From: Bacillus sp. (in: firmicutes)
GTDB lineage: Bacteria > Bacillota > Bacilli > Bacillales > Cytobacillaceae
Reading direction: 5' to 3'
DNA length: 64,000 nt
Assembly (NCBI GenBank): GCA_039832695.1
Contig: JBDOMM010000038.1
Coordinates: 265 to 64,264 of the forward strand
Shown: positions 19,278-28,657 of the stretch, in pieces
Layout: every line of letters starts with the position of its first letter
How positions within the stretch are numbered: position 1 is the stretch's first letter
The notes under the pieces: generated by a model
What the model was told of the DNA's origin: nothing
Databases searched by the model: none
What the model saw: the letters and a program-made list of their open reading frames with translations, nothing else
Made by a program: the position numbers and the translations under genes

Positions 19278-19871
19278 TTATGGCTTTGCCCACATTTCTT
19301 CTGGGTTTAATTCATAGATACTGTTTTCTCGATACATATAATGATTAATAATGAATTCTCGTCGGATCGTTGCAAAATCATCATGGAACTGCTTAATATA
19401 CTCGTTTAAATCTTTTTCTTCATACTTTGTTCCTGCTTTCAACCCCTTCACGATATGCTCAAATACGATTAATTTTTTCTTTCTTTGTGCCGGTATGCTT
19501 TTTAATTTTCCATCCTTCGTAAAGAAATTATCCAAGACCTTTTGTCTTTCCATACTAGCCTCTACCATGTTTCCAAGCTCCTCTCCTCTTTTTTCAAGCA
19601 GCTGTGTAAGTACTTGTGCCTGCTGTTTAATCATTGATTCATTTAAATAGAAGTAAATCGTATTTTTATCTCTTCTTTCATACACAACATGAATTTCCCT
19701 TAATTTTTTTAAATGATGAGTAATGGTCGGAGCTGTTAGCCCAAGTTTGCCAGCGATCGCCTGACCATGCAAAGGCCCTTTCGCTAAAAGAGCAACAATT
19801 CTTACTCTTGTTGGATCACCCATAGTTTTGTAAAAGGCTACTAAACGGTTTAGCTGCATCATCGTATACAC
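19278..19871 (-). CDS. ArsR-type HTH regulator fused to a DUF2087-like domain
   Basis: GDPTRVRI...TITHHLKKL HTH; C-terminal Y.EK.LNEYI..FHDDFATIRRE. Confidence 0.8.
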   Translation of the reverse strand: MYTMMQLNRLVAFYKTMGDPTRVRIVALLAKGPLHGQAIAGKLGLTAPTITHHLKKLREIHVVYERRDKNTIYFYLNESMIKQQAQVLTQLLEKRGEELGNMVEASMERQKVLDNFFTKDGKLKSIPAQRKKKLIVFEHIVKGLKAGTKYEEKDLNEYIKQFHDDFATIRREFIINHYMYRENSIYELNPEEMWAKP

Positions 19872-19985
19872 CCCTAATTTCGATATTCATCTAATTAGAT
19901 ATATATCAAAATTTAATTTTTCTGTCAATAAGAAAGCAAAAGAAAAAGCAAAGTGCGCATGACACTTTGCTTTCTCTAGCACCAA

Positions 19986-22280
19986 TTATAGAAGTGGATT
20001 CTCGTGTTTAGCCTTTAATCGCTGCCATCTTTTTTCAACTTCATCCTTAAACTCTTCTAAAATAGGTTTATTTTCATCTTTTAATAAGTGTTTTGTTTTG
20101 CCCATATATTTCAACCACTCTGCCAATGGTATCCGTTTGTTCTTTTCCTCCGGATTGTAAGTGATTGTTGTAACCCCTTGCTCTACTTCGTAAAGTGGGA
20201 AGAAACATGAATTTACAGCTGCTTCAACAATTGTGGCACCGTATCGATCATCTGATTTCCAGTTTAGCGGGCAAGTAATTAGAAGCTTTCCATATACAGT
20301 TCCTACATTCTGTGCGTACCACTGAGCTTTTGCCCCTTTTTTAATAAGATCTTGAGGGAATGCTTCTGAGCCTGTAAACACATAAGGGATATTGGTTGAT
20401 GCCATAATCTGTGCAGTATCCTTATGATGGAACGCCTTTCCTCTTTGCATTTTTCCGACTCCAGATGTACTTGTCATATGACCAATCGGTGTGGAATACG
20501 ACATTTGCGAACCAGTATTCATGTACCCTTCATTATCATACTCAAGCATTATTAGCTTATGTCCTCGAAGTGCCGTACCGATTGCTGAACCCATACCGAT
20601 ATCCATACCGCCATCTCCGGTAATCATAACAAACGTTGCATCATCAGATACTTGGATTTCACCGCGCCGCTTTAGTTCCATAAATGCCTCAACTGTACCC
20701 GATAGGGTTGCTGCACCATTTTGGAATAAGTTATGAATCATTGTTTGCTTATGTGAAGTATGCGGATAAGCTGTTGTTGTCACATAAGCACAACCTGTTT
20801 GGAATAATGTAACAATATCTCCTTCAATGCCTTTAAAGAACAGCTCCAGACCAGCAAATATGCCACATCCGGGACATGCACCATGACCTGAGGCAATCCT
20901 CTTTGGTTTACCAGTAAGGGCACGAAGCGGAGGGATTTTCACCTTTAACTTATTCGTTTCCTCGTCCATTTTCACATCAATTAATCCTGATTTATATACA
21001 TCACCATGTTGCGGTAAAATAACTGGCTTTAGTATTTTCTCAGGGTTACCTGGGATATGGCCATAGTAATCAAATGGTTTCTCGGCATAGCCTTTCGTCT
21101 TTGCTTCAATGGCCATTTCAAAAAACTTCTCAGCATCACTTGCATAGAAATCTTTTCCACCAAGGCCGAAAACACGGCTTAGTACAATAGTTTGGTTATT
21201 ACGGTCATCCTGTAAAGCCGACTTAACTTCATGCGTTAAGTTAGGGCCATTGGCTCCATAAGAATCTGCCCGTTCACCAATTAGCAAGGATTTTACATTT
21301 TTTAGTGCTTCTCGAATCTCCTTGGCAGGGAACGGACGAATAATATTCGGACTGATGACCCCGGCTTTAATTCCCTTGGCACGGAGCTGGTCCACTACAT
21401 CTTTAGCTGATTCTGCTGCAGAATTTAATAGGAAGAGAGCCACTTCTGCATCTTCCATTTTATATAAATCAAGAACAGGGTATTCCCTACCAGATAATTT
21501 TGCATACTCTGCTGCCACTTCTTTAAATACCTCTCCGGCATTATACATAGCTTCGGATTGTTGGAAGTGATTATTGATAAAGTCATCACCGCTCATATGT
21601 GCCCCAATAGTAACCGGTTTTTTAGGATCTCTGGCAAAATTATAATCAGTTGGGCAATCACCAACAAATTGTTGAACAACGCGGCGATCCTTGAAGTATT
21701 CTACCCTGCGCTTTTGATGGGAAGTGAAAAATCCATCATATGCAACAATCACCGGTAAGCGTACCTTAGAATGTTCAGCAATTTTTAATGCCATGATATT
21801 CATATCATATACAGCTTGAGGTGTTTTAGCAGTTAAAATAACCCATCCAGTGTTTAATGCATAGTAAAGGTCCGAATGGTCTCCTCGGATATCTAACGGT
21901 CCGCTAACTGAGCGTGTAACTAAATTCATTACCATTGGAAAACGTGTTCCTGATTGTACAGGTAGCTGTTCAATCATGTAGAGTAAACCATTCGCACTCG
22001 TAGCATTAAATACGCGTGCACCTGTTGCAGCTGCACCATAACAAATCCCGGCAGAACCATGCTCCCCATCTGCAGGGATTAACTTGATATCATGCTCACC
22101 ACGTGTTTTCATTTGATCCAGGAATTGAGCCACCTCAGTAGATGGTGTTATTGGGAAATAGCCCATGATATGATAATTGATTTGGGCTGCAGCCATTGCT
22201 GCCATTTCGTTACCTGATTCAAACGTTGAAATTTGCTCAGCCATCGCTTGTGTTGTTAATTTATCTTCCATAATTGCCAT
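19986..22280 (-). CDS. Pyruvate/2-oxoacid:ferredoxin oxidoreductase, fused alpha+beta subunit
   Basis: FPITPSTE and ADGEHGS (alpha); ACPGCG, GDGG, YDNEGYMNTG TPP motif and CP (beta). Confidence 0.9.
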   Translation of the reverse strand: MAIMEDKLTTQAMAEQISTFESGNEMAAMAAAQINYHIMGYFPITPSTEVAQFLDQMKTRGEHDIKLIPADGEHGSAGICYGAAATGARVFNATSANGLLYMIEQLPVQSGTRFPMVMNLVTRSVSGPLDIRGDHSDLYYALNTGWVILTAKTPQAVYDMNIMALKIAEHSKVRLPVIVAYDGFFTSHQKRRVEYFKDRRVVQQFVGDCPTDYNFARDPKKPVTIGAHMSGDDFINNHFQQSEAMYNAGEVFKEVAAEYAKLSGREYPVLDLYKMEDAEVALFLLNSAAESAKDVVDQLRAKGIKAGVISPNIIRPFPAKEIREALKNVKSLLIGERADSYGANGPNLTHEVKSALQDDRNNQTIVLSRVFGLGGKDFYASDAEKFFEMAIEAKTKGYAEKPFDYYGHIPGNPEKILKPVILPQHGDVYKSGLIDVKMDEETNKLKVKIPPLRALTGKPKRIASGHGACPGCGIFAGLELFFKGIEGDIVTLFQTGCAYVTTTAYPHTSHKQTMIHNLFQNGAATLSGTVEAFMELKRRGEIQVSDDATFVMITGDGGMDIGMGSAIGTALRGHKLIMLEYDNEGYMNTGSQMSYSTPIGHMTSTSGVGKMQRGKAFHHKDTAQIMASTNIPYVFTGSEAFPQDLIKKGAKAQWYAQNVGTVYGKLLITCPLNWKSDDRYGATIVEAAVNSCFFPLYEVEQGVTTITYNPEEKNKRIPLAEWLKYMGKTKHLLKDENKPILEEFKDEVEKRWQRLKAKHENPLL

Positions 22281-23293
22281 TAGAAACTACCTCCTGTTAC
22301 ATAAGGAAAGTTTTGCTTCACGCGGTTAGCGTCAGCATATCCAATCATTTCTCGTAGATCCCCAAGAGCATCGGTTGGACATGCCTCTACGCATTTTAAA
22401 CAGCCTTTACAATATTGATAATCAATTCCTTTTAGGAACATTTGCTTTCGGCCGCGCTTATCTTCTCCCTCTTCCCAAACGAAACAGAAATCTGGGCAAA
22501 CGTTGTCACAAGCCGCACAATTAATACATGTTTCTTGTTTGAACTCCGGAAGAAATCCTTGTCGTGAACCACTTAAATCCTTGAAGACACTATTTGCTTG
22601 AGCCAGGAGGACTCCTCCAATTTCCTGAGTTGTATACCCTAGCATTGGAAGTGGACGAGTGAATGACTTCCCCTCTGCCCCTTCAGGCACCTCATAAGTC
22701 TTAAATTTCACTTCATTATATCCTCGGTCAAACGTCCGGATATTTGGTTCAACCAGATGTGGGTATTTTTTTGTAAATGTTTTTCGAATAACATCTCTCA
22801 TTGATTCTGGATCTAAAAAGTCTAGTATTCTGTATAATGCTCCAAGCATTGCTGTATTTACTTTTGTTTTTTCTTCTACCGCAATGCTGAGTGCATCAAT
22901 GATAGCCAAAGTTCCATTTTCAAGCTGTAAATCCTTTTTCACTTCATCAAATTCTCTTGCTGTATTTACCAGAACAATTCCCTCAGCATCTAAGCCGCTT
23001 ACGACATTCACTGTCTTATATAAAGCCTCATGGAAAACTCCAACAATATGTGGTTGTTCAATTGGGCTATGATCTCTAATTTCTACATCCGGATCACAAA
23101 AACGGACAAAACTCTTTACGGGAGACCCTTTTTTCTCTGACCCATAGGATGAAAAGTTGGATCCTCTTAATCCAAGACTAAGAACACCTGCCTCAGCCAA
23201 CATTTTTCCAGCAAGGTTTGCCCCCAAGCCGCCAATTGATTCAAGTCGGATTTCAAAAAATCCAAGTTCATTTTTTTTCGGTAAAATAGCCAT
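22280..23293 (-). CDS. 2-oxoacid:ferredoxin oxidoreductase, fused gamma+delta subunit
   Basis: GGLGA, YGSEKKGSPV (gamma); two CxxCxxCxxxCP clusters (delta); start refined to 23293. Confidence 0.9.
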   Translation of the reverse strand: MAILPKKNELGFFEIRLESIGGLGANLAGKMLAEAGVLSLGLRGSNFSSYGSEKKGSPVKSFVRFCDPDVEIRDHSPIEQPHIVGVFHEALYKTVNVVSGLDAEGIVLVNTAREFDEVKKDLQLENGTLAIIDALSIAVEEKTKVNTAMLGALYRILDFLDPESMRDVIRKTFTKKYPHLVEPNIRTFDRGYNEVKFKTYEVPEGAEGKSFTRPLPMLGYTTQEIGGVLLAQANSVFKDLSGSRQGFLPEFKQETCINCAACDNVCPDFCFVWEEGEDKRGRKQMFLKGIDYQYCKGCLKCVEACPTDALGDLREMIGYADANRVKQNFPYVTGGSF

Positions 23294-23371
23294 ACTATCC
23301 CTCCCCATTGTTAAAAACGCATAAAAATTAACTTCCCCACGAGTATTGTATGGCATTCTACTTTTTAAAGC

Positions 23372-23387
23372 TGTGACAAAAGTCAAA
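23372..23387 (-). promoter_or_regulatory. Fnr-type box (class II geometry) for the oxidoreductase operon
   Basis: TGTGA-CAAAAG-TCAAA; -10 TACAAT at 23350-23345 on minus, centre 29.5 bp from the -10 start. Confidence 0.7.
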
Positions 23388-23625
23388 CAACAAAGAAAAT
23401 ATTTGAAACACATTCATATACGGTTTAAAAAACATTAATATAACTGGATTTATTCCAATAAATAATTATATAACAGAAAATCAGTTGTAGTATAACAGAG
23501 CGTTCTACCTGTAAACTAAACATTATCCGATGAATCCAACTTGTTAGAACTGTTTATCAGCTATCATTTTTGTTGAAAATAAGGTATAATTATATTTTGT
23601 TTTATTATTGAAAAGGAGCTAGTTT

Positions 23626-25365
23626 ATGAATGTAATTTGTTCGACGTTGAATGCAAAGTTCATACACACAAACCTTGCTATTCGCTATTTAAAGGCTTAT
23701 GCCGCTCCCGAATTTAAGATACAGCTTAAGGAATATACAATTAAAGATCCCGTAATAAACATTGTTTCAGATCTTTATCAATCAAAACCGAATGTGATTG
23801 GGTTTAGTTGTTATATTTGGAACATCGAAGAAACACTTAAAGTGGTCAATATGCTTAAAAAAATTGACCCATCTATCATTATTGTCTTGGGGGGGCCTGA
23901 GGTCAGCTATGATACGATGGAATGGATGGAAAAATATCCTGAGATAGATTTTATTGTAATGGGTGAAGGTGAACTTACCTTTAAACAATTGCTAACAGAA
24001 ATTGAAACTTCAAACGATTTCCGCAATGTTCATGGTATCGCGTACCGATCTGCTGACAAGGTTCTTATCACTCCACAAAAGAATAAGCTTGACCTCAAAG
24101 AACTTCCATCCCCTTACCGCCTTCCAGAAGATATTTCTGATTTAGGCAAGAGGGTAACTTATATCGAAACTAGCAGGGGCTGTCCATTTAGCTGCCAATT
24201 TTGTCTCTCATCCATTGAGGTTGGGGTTCGATATTTTGACAGAGAAAAAATCAAGTCAGATATTAGGTATCTAATGGAGCATGGAGCAAAAACGATTAAA
24301 TTTGTTGACCGTACCTTTAATATCAGCCGAAGCTATGCAATGGAAATGTTCCGTTTCTTAATTGATGAACACCATCCAGGCACAGTTTTTCAATTTGAAA
24401 TCACTGCCGACATCATGAGACCAGAAGTAATTAATTTTCTTAATCAGGAGGCTCCAAAAGGGTTATTCCGATTTGAAATTGGGGTTCAATCAACCAATGA
24501 TTACACCAATGAGCTGGTTATGCGGAAACAAAATTTTGCCAAGCTCACTAGGACGGTAACGATGGTTAAAGAAGGCGGCAAAATAGATCAGCATCTCGAT
24601 TTAATTGCTGGTCTTCCAGAAGAGGATTATTCTTCCTTCCGAAAAACTTTTAATGATGTATTCGAGATGAGACCTGAGGAATTACAATTAGGGTTCTTAA
24701 AGATGCTTCGTGGGACTGGTGTGCGCTTGCGTGCAAAAGAACAACAATATGTTTATATGGACCATTCTCCATATGAAATTCTGAGCAATAATGTTCTTTC
24801 CTTTGACGACATTGTAAGAATTAAACAGGTGGAAGATGTATTAGAAAAATACTGGAATGACCACAGAATGGATCACACAGTCGAATATTTGGTCAGTCAT
24901 GTATTTTCTTCTCCTTTTGATTTCTTTCAAGAGTTCGGCAGCTATTGGGATGAACGCGGTTGGTCAAGAATTGGTCATCAGTTAGAGGACTTATTCCGTA
25001 GGCTGTACTCATTCCTAGAACAAAAAAAGGTGAAAAGCCTTGATGTCGTGGCTGGTTTAATGAAATATGATTACTTAATCAATCACAAATACAAGCCTAG
25101 AAAACCTTGGTGGGAAGCTAGTTTTGAAAAAGGCCAACGCAACGAATTCTATAAACAAATCATTGAGAATCCTAACATCTTAGGAAATGAATTCGTCAAA
25201 TTAAACCTTGAGGAAAAGGAATTATTTAAGCATACGATGCTAGATGAGATTTCATTTAATTTATCACATTATTTAGAGACGGGAGAAATTGTTAACCAGC
25301 CTTCAAGCTTGTTGGCATACTTTAATCCGACAATTAACCAAACCCTTATCTTTTCTACGAAATAA
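23626..25365 (+). CDS. B12-binding radical SAM protein (DUF4080-type C-terminus)
   Basis: N-terminal GFSCYIWN/GGPEVS cobalamin-binding-like domain; SRGCPFSCQFC cluster motif. Confidence 0.88.
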   Translation: MNVICSTLNAKFIHTNLAIRYLKAYAAPEFKIQLKEYTIKDPVINIVSDLYQSKPNVIGFSCYIWNIEETLKVVNMLKKIDPSIIIVLGGPEVSYDTMEWMEKYPEIDFIVMGEGELTFKQLLTEIETSNDFRNVHGIAYRSADKVLITPQKNKLDLKELPSPYRLPEDISDLGKRVTYIETSRGCPFSCQFCLSSIEVGVRYFDREKIKSDIRYLMEHGAKTIKFVDRTFNISRSYAMEMFRFLIDEHHPGTVFQFEITADIMRPEVINFLNQEAPKGLFRFEIGVQSTNDYTNELVMRKQNFAKLTRTVTMVKEGGKIDQHLDLIAGLPEEDYSSFRKTFNDVFEMRPEELQLGFLKMLRGTGVRLRAKEQQYVYMDHSPYEILSNNVLSFDDIVRIKQVEDVLEKYWNDHRMDHTVEYLVSHVFSSPFDFFQEFGSYWDERGWSRIGHQLEDLFRRLYSFLEQKKVKSLDVVAGLMKYDYLINHKYKPRKPWWEASFEKGQRNEFYKQIIENPNILGNEFVKLNLEEKELFKHTMLDEISFNLSHYLETGEIVNQPSSLLAYFNPTINQTLIFSTK

Positions 25366-25381
25366 GCCGGGACATCCCGGC

Positions 25382-25501
25382 TTATTTATTTTTTTTATGG
25401 CCCTTTTTGGTTTCGTAAAGCGCCTTACCATTTACATCTCCATATTCAACACTGAATTCTTCTACTGGAATACGTGGAGGAGTTTTACGCCGGCCGCCCA
25501 T
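25382..25501 (-). CDS. 39-aa microprotein MGGRRKTPPRIPVEEFSVEYGDVNGKALYETKKGHKKNK
   Basis: Hand-translated; ATG overlaps the upstream stop (TGATG); shares an EFSxE motif with the upstream ORF. Confidence 0.55.
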   Translation of the reverse strand: MGGRRKTPPRIPVEEFSVEYGDVNGKALYETKKGHKKNK

Positions 25502-25662
25502 CAGCTTCTTCCCTTTTTTCCTTGTTTTGAATTGCGATTAGCAAATCTAATGGCATTATTATTGTCAGCAAATTCTGCAGAGAACTCACTTTCCTGTACA
25601 TTCTTATGGGGTGTTTTTGAATATTTGGTTACTGCATCAAATTCAGCTTTGCGTTTTGCCAT
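25501..25662 (-). CDS. 53-aa YfhD-like microprotein
   Basis: Hand-translated MAKRKAEFDAVTKY...ESEFSAEFADNNNA...; AGGAGG RBS. Confidence 0.65.
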   Translation of the reverse strand: MAKRKAEFDAVTKYSKTPHKNVQESEFSAEFADNNNAIRFANRNSKQGKKGRS

Positions 25663-25794
25663 AAAGGAACCCTCCTAATAGTTAATTAATACAGAAATAG
25701 TTTTAACAAAATAGGTCTAATCATCCTTTCCTTATTTTTCTTAAATAAAATTACACTATAGGCAAAAAATAAGAAAAAATAGGAGTGATTGAAC

Positions 25795-26154
25795 ATGAAT
25801 GACGAATCAAAACAAACTAAACCGATGTTAGATGATGTGGCAATAAATGAAACCATGCCACATCAAATCAATGCGCCAAGCTTTGAAGGAACGGGTATTA
25901 AAATGGAAGATCCCTTTGTCAATAAATTTGGTGTAACAATTGGAGACAGTTTGTATGCTTCAAAGAACTCTCCATTAGAAAATTGGTCCGAGGATACCGA
26001 TCCCTCGATAATGGCTGGGGATGAATGGGTTCATCCTACAAATGATATTGGATGGAATACCACTGAGAATCGGGAGCTATTGGAAAGTAAAAGAAAACCA
26101 CAAGCAGTCCCGTTTATGCATCCAACAAAGGATGTAAGTAAAGGAACGGATTAA
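25795..26154 (+). CDS. Acidic sporulation-type protein (DUF3905-like)
   Basis: ETMPHQI, NWSEDTDPSIMAGDEWVHPTNDIG, FMHPTKDV. Confidence 0.7.
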   Translation: MNDESKQTKPMLDDVAINETMPHQINAPSFEGTGIKMEDPFVNKFGVTIGDSLYASKNSPLENWSEDTDPSIMAGDEWVHPTNDIGWNTTENRELLESKRKPQAVPFMHPTKDVSKGTD

Positions 26155-26265
26155 TAATTAGTACCAATAACGAAAAACATTACCACTTATGAAATGTTTG
26201 ATGAAATTAAATAATACTTATACAGAGGAAAGAAACCTCTGTATAAAATAAGGAGTTGATTACAC

Positions 26266-26466
26266 ATGGCTAATAGTAGCAATAAACTTTTAGTACCTGG
26301 AATTGAGCAATACCTCGATCAAGTTAAATATGAAATCGCTCAAGAGTTTGGCGTACAATTGGGTTCAGATACAGTTTCAAGAGCAAATGGATCAGTAGGC
26401 GGCGAGATAACTAAGAGACTTGTTCAGCAAGCCCAAGCTCAACTATCTGGACAATCTACGAAATAA
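26266..26466 (+). CDS. sspD: Alpha/beta-type small acid-soluble spore protein
   Basis: [10 protein letters not shown] and [16 protein letters not shown] signatures; next to rsgI as in B. subtilis. Confidence 0.9.
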   Translation: MANSSNKLLVPGIEQYLDQVKYEIAQEFGVQLGSDTVSRANGSVGGEITKRLVQQAQAQLSGQSTK

Positions 26467-26510
26467 CAATTGAATAAACATGGAAAAAAGTCCGGTTAAT
26501 CACCGGACTT

Positions 26511-27614
26511 TTAATTGTTTTTTCGATTATTATTACCATTCTCTTTATTGTCGTTATCGTGACGATTATTATTTCGTTCATCGTTACTATGATTATTGGA
26601 ATTGTGGGTATTATTGTTATAATTGTTATTATTGTTATTCTGTCTATAATTGTTACTTTGATTTGAGTTATTATGCCCATTAGTCTTCCAATTTGAATCG
26701 CTTTGTTTTCTGTATTCTCCTTGGTTTTGCTTCGAATTTTCCTCTTCCATCTTTTTTAAATATCCTGGAGAATTCGCGTTTCTATCCCATTTTCCCTTTT
26801 CTTCACCTTTATCCCAACCTGACTGTGTATCATTTTGTTTCTTTGATTGTCCAGGTGAGGTTGAGTTAACTGATGGTGTTTGTGCCGGAACAGTAGTTTT
26901 TTCTTTTTCTTTCTCTTTCCCAATATCCATGTTCTGTTGTTTGGATTTTTCTTGAGAAAATTGGTATTTCCCGTTAGAAATACCTTGTTTATGCGCTTCT
27001 TCTAATCCCTTTTTGTTACCGGTTAAGACAATTAGTTCTACCTTTTCCTTATTAACCGAGGCTTCAATCTTATCTAATTTACGCTGTAGTTTTTCTTCTA
27101 CCTTTTCTTCAGGCTGCTCGATACGAACCGTAGAAATAAGGACTTGGGTATTTTCTTTTAAGTAACCACTCTTTTTCATCTCAGCAAAAATAACTTTGGT
27201 TAATTCCGAAACATCTTTGTTCTTCCAATGCTTTAAACGCGAAATAATATCTTTTCCTTCTTTATTGAATCCGCTTAATTTCACAACCTGCATTTTTTTA
27301 TTCACACCCATTTCAACACTTGGGTTAGCATCAATGGACATATATGCATAGGCCTTATCATCTTGGTACATAGGAATAAACGTCCCAATAAAAACCATAA
27401 GTACAGCCATAACGATCCAGACGGTTTTAAGTCTAAATATATTTCTAAATGACCTTTTGGTCATAGATCCATTAATGCTTTCCATCGGAAAAAAATAAAT
27501 TTCTTCTCCAATTGAATAGGGCTGGCTCTGTTTTCTTGCACGCAAAAATTCACCTTCGGGGGTTAAAAGCGTTAGAAAACCATCTTCTATTTCCATAATT
27601 ATTCCTTTTTTCAT
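26511..27614 (-). CDS. rsgI: Anti-sigma-I factor with Asn-rich disordered tail
   Basis: LTPEGEF N-terminal domain, TM helix, YMSIDANPS autoproteolysis motif, downstream of sigI. Confidence 0.9.
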   Translation of the reverse strand: MKKGIIMEIEDGFLTLLTPEGEFLRARKQSQPYSIGEEIYFFPMESINGSMTKRSFRNIFRLKTVWIVMAVLMVFIGTFIPMYQDDKAYAYMSIDANPSVEMGVNKKMQVVKLSGFNKEGKDIISRLKHWKNKDVSELTKVIFAEMKKSGYLKENTQVLISTVRIEQPEEKVEEKLQRKLDKIEASVNKEKVELIVLTGNKKGLEEAHKQGISNGKYQFSQEKSKQQNMDIGKEKEKEKTTVPAQTPSVNSTSPGQSKKQNDTQSGWDKGEEKGKWDRNANSPGYLKKMEEENSKQNQGEYRKQSDSNWKTNGHNNSNQSNNYRQNNNNNNYNNNTHNSNNHSNDERNNNRHDNDNKENGNNNRKNN

Positions 27615-28357
27615 ATCTCTAGCACCCCCTTGATATAATCCTTCATATAGACGTAATCACTTGATAAAATCAGTGAAATGGCAATAATATATTTTCTATT
27701 ACGTTCAATTGTTTTTCTACTAACATTCACCATTTTTTCAAGTTGCTTAATTGGCAGTCGCTTTTTTTCAAATAAGAAATCCTTTAGTTCTTGGTCAGCC
27801 ACTAACATCTTTGCCGTTAGTATTGCATTCCTTCTGGCATCTGCATGCTTTGGTGAATTTTCAACAAGATCACTAAAGCTCAAATCAAAAGTGGTTAATA
27901 AGGCTTGAAAATGTATGATCTCATCTTTCCTTAATTGGTCATCATTCTTTTTATGATAATCGTCTAGAGAAAGCTCATTAACAATGATTGTTCCTGCTGT
28001 TTCTTCTTCTTGTACAGAATTAGTTAAATCAATACTAATATGTTGATTTTTGGATTGTTTACGAATATAGTCAATTACTCTTCGTTTTATGATGATCTCT
28101 GAAAAACTCAACAAAGAGCTTCCACGTTCTGGAGAATATTTTTCAATTGCTTCATTAAATGCTATAAGCCCTATGCTAAATTCATCATCGGTTTCATAGA
28201 TATATCTCCTACATACGGAAGATACCGTTTTTGCAATAAAAGGCTTGTAGGAATCAATGACTTCGTTTAATAAGAATTGATCACCCTGTTGAATTTGAAC
28301 AACCATTTCTTCCAAAGTTCTTTTTTTCTTTTTAGCCATAAACAATAAACTTAGCAT
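27611..28357 (-). CDS. sigI: RNA polymerase sigma factor SigI
   Basis: DDEFSIGLIAFNEAI, IKRRVIDY, PKHADAR, SRKTIERNRKYIIA. Confidence 0.95.
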   Translation of the reverse strand: MLSLLFMAKKKKRTLEEMVVQIQQGDQFLLNEVIDSYKPFIAKTVSSVCRRYIYETDDEFSIGLIAFNEAIEKYSPERGSSLLSFSEIIIKRRVIDYIRKQSKNQHISIDLTNSVQEEETAGTIIVNELSLDDYHKKNDDQLRKDEIIHFQALLTTFDLSFSDLVENSPKHADARRNAILTAKMLVADQELKDFLFEKKRLPIKQLEKMVNVSRKTIERNRKYIIAISLILSSDYVYMKDYIKGVLEI

Positions 28358-28501
28358 ACGCTCACCTCTATTCGACCAATTATAACATACGATTGTTACC
28401 TTGGACTTTTTTGGGGTAAGCATTTAAAAAAAGATAGTACCAATAGCGGATTACTTTCCCAGTTATTGTTTATGGGGCCTATTTCTTATTTCCTATCTTA
28501 T

Positions 28502-28518
28502 ATTACATTGTTTTTACA
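28502..28518 (-). promoter_or_regulatory. WalR-type direct repeat upstream of sigI
   Basis: TGTAAA-AACAA-TGTAAT on minus fits TGTWAH-N5-TGTWAH. Confidence 0.55.
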
Positions 28519-28657
28519 ATCCTTTAACATCCCTCATTTTTTCTTATTGCGATCGCTATTTCACTACATTAATACGTTACAATTGTTACAGTTTTGGGGG
28601 TTTCCTAAAAAATTTCCAAAATAAAAAGCCTTAAACCAGATTATCCGATTTAAAGCT

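Noticed and set aside
25289-25678. 129-aa minus-strand ORF from the track
   Set aside because: Overlaps the radical SAM gene antisense; the region is better explained by two small ORFs, one with a clear AGGAGG RBS and the other coupled to it by a TGATG overlap
26456-26683. Tyr/Cys-rich (+) and Ile/Thr-rich (-) ORFs
   Set aside because: Alternative frames of the low-complexity Asn-rich rsgI tail
28380-28420. SigI-dependent autoregulatory promoter (ACCCC...CGTA)
   Set aside because: Plausible, but the spacing is 1 bp off the recalled consensus and a sigA-like TGTTATAAT overlaps it; not supportable without TSS data
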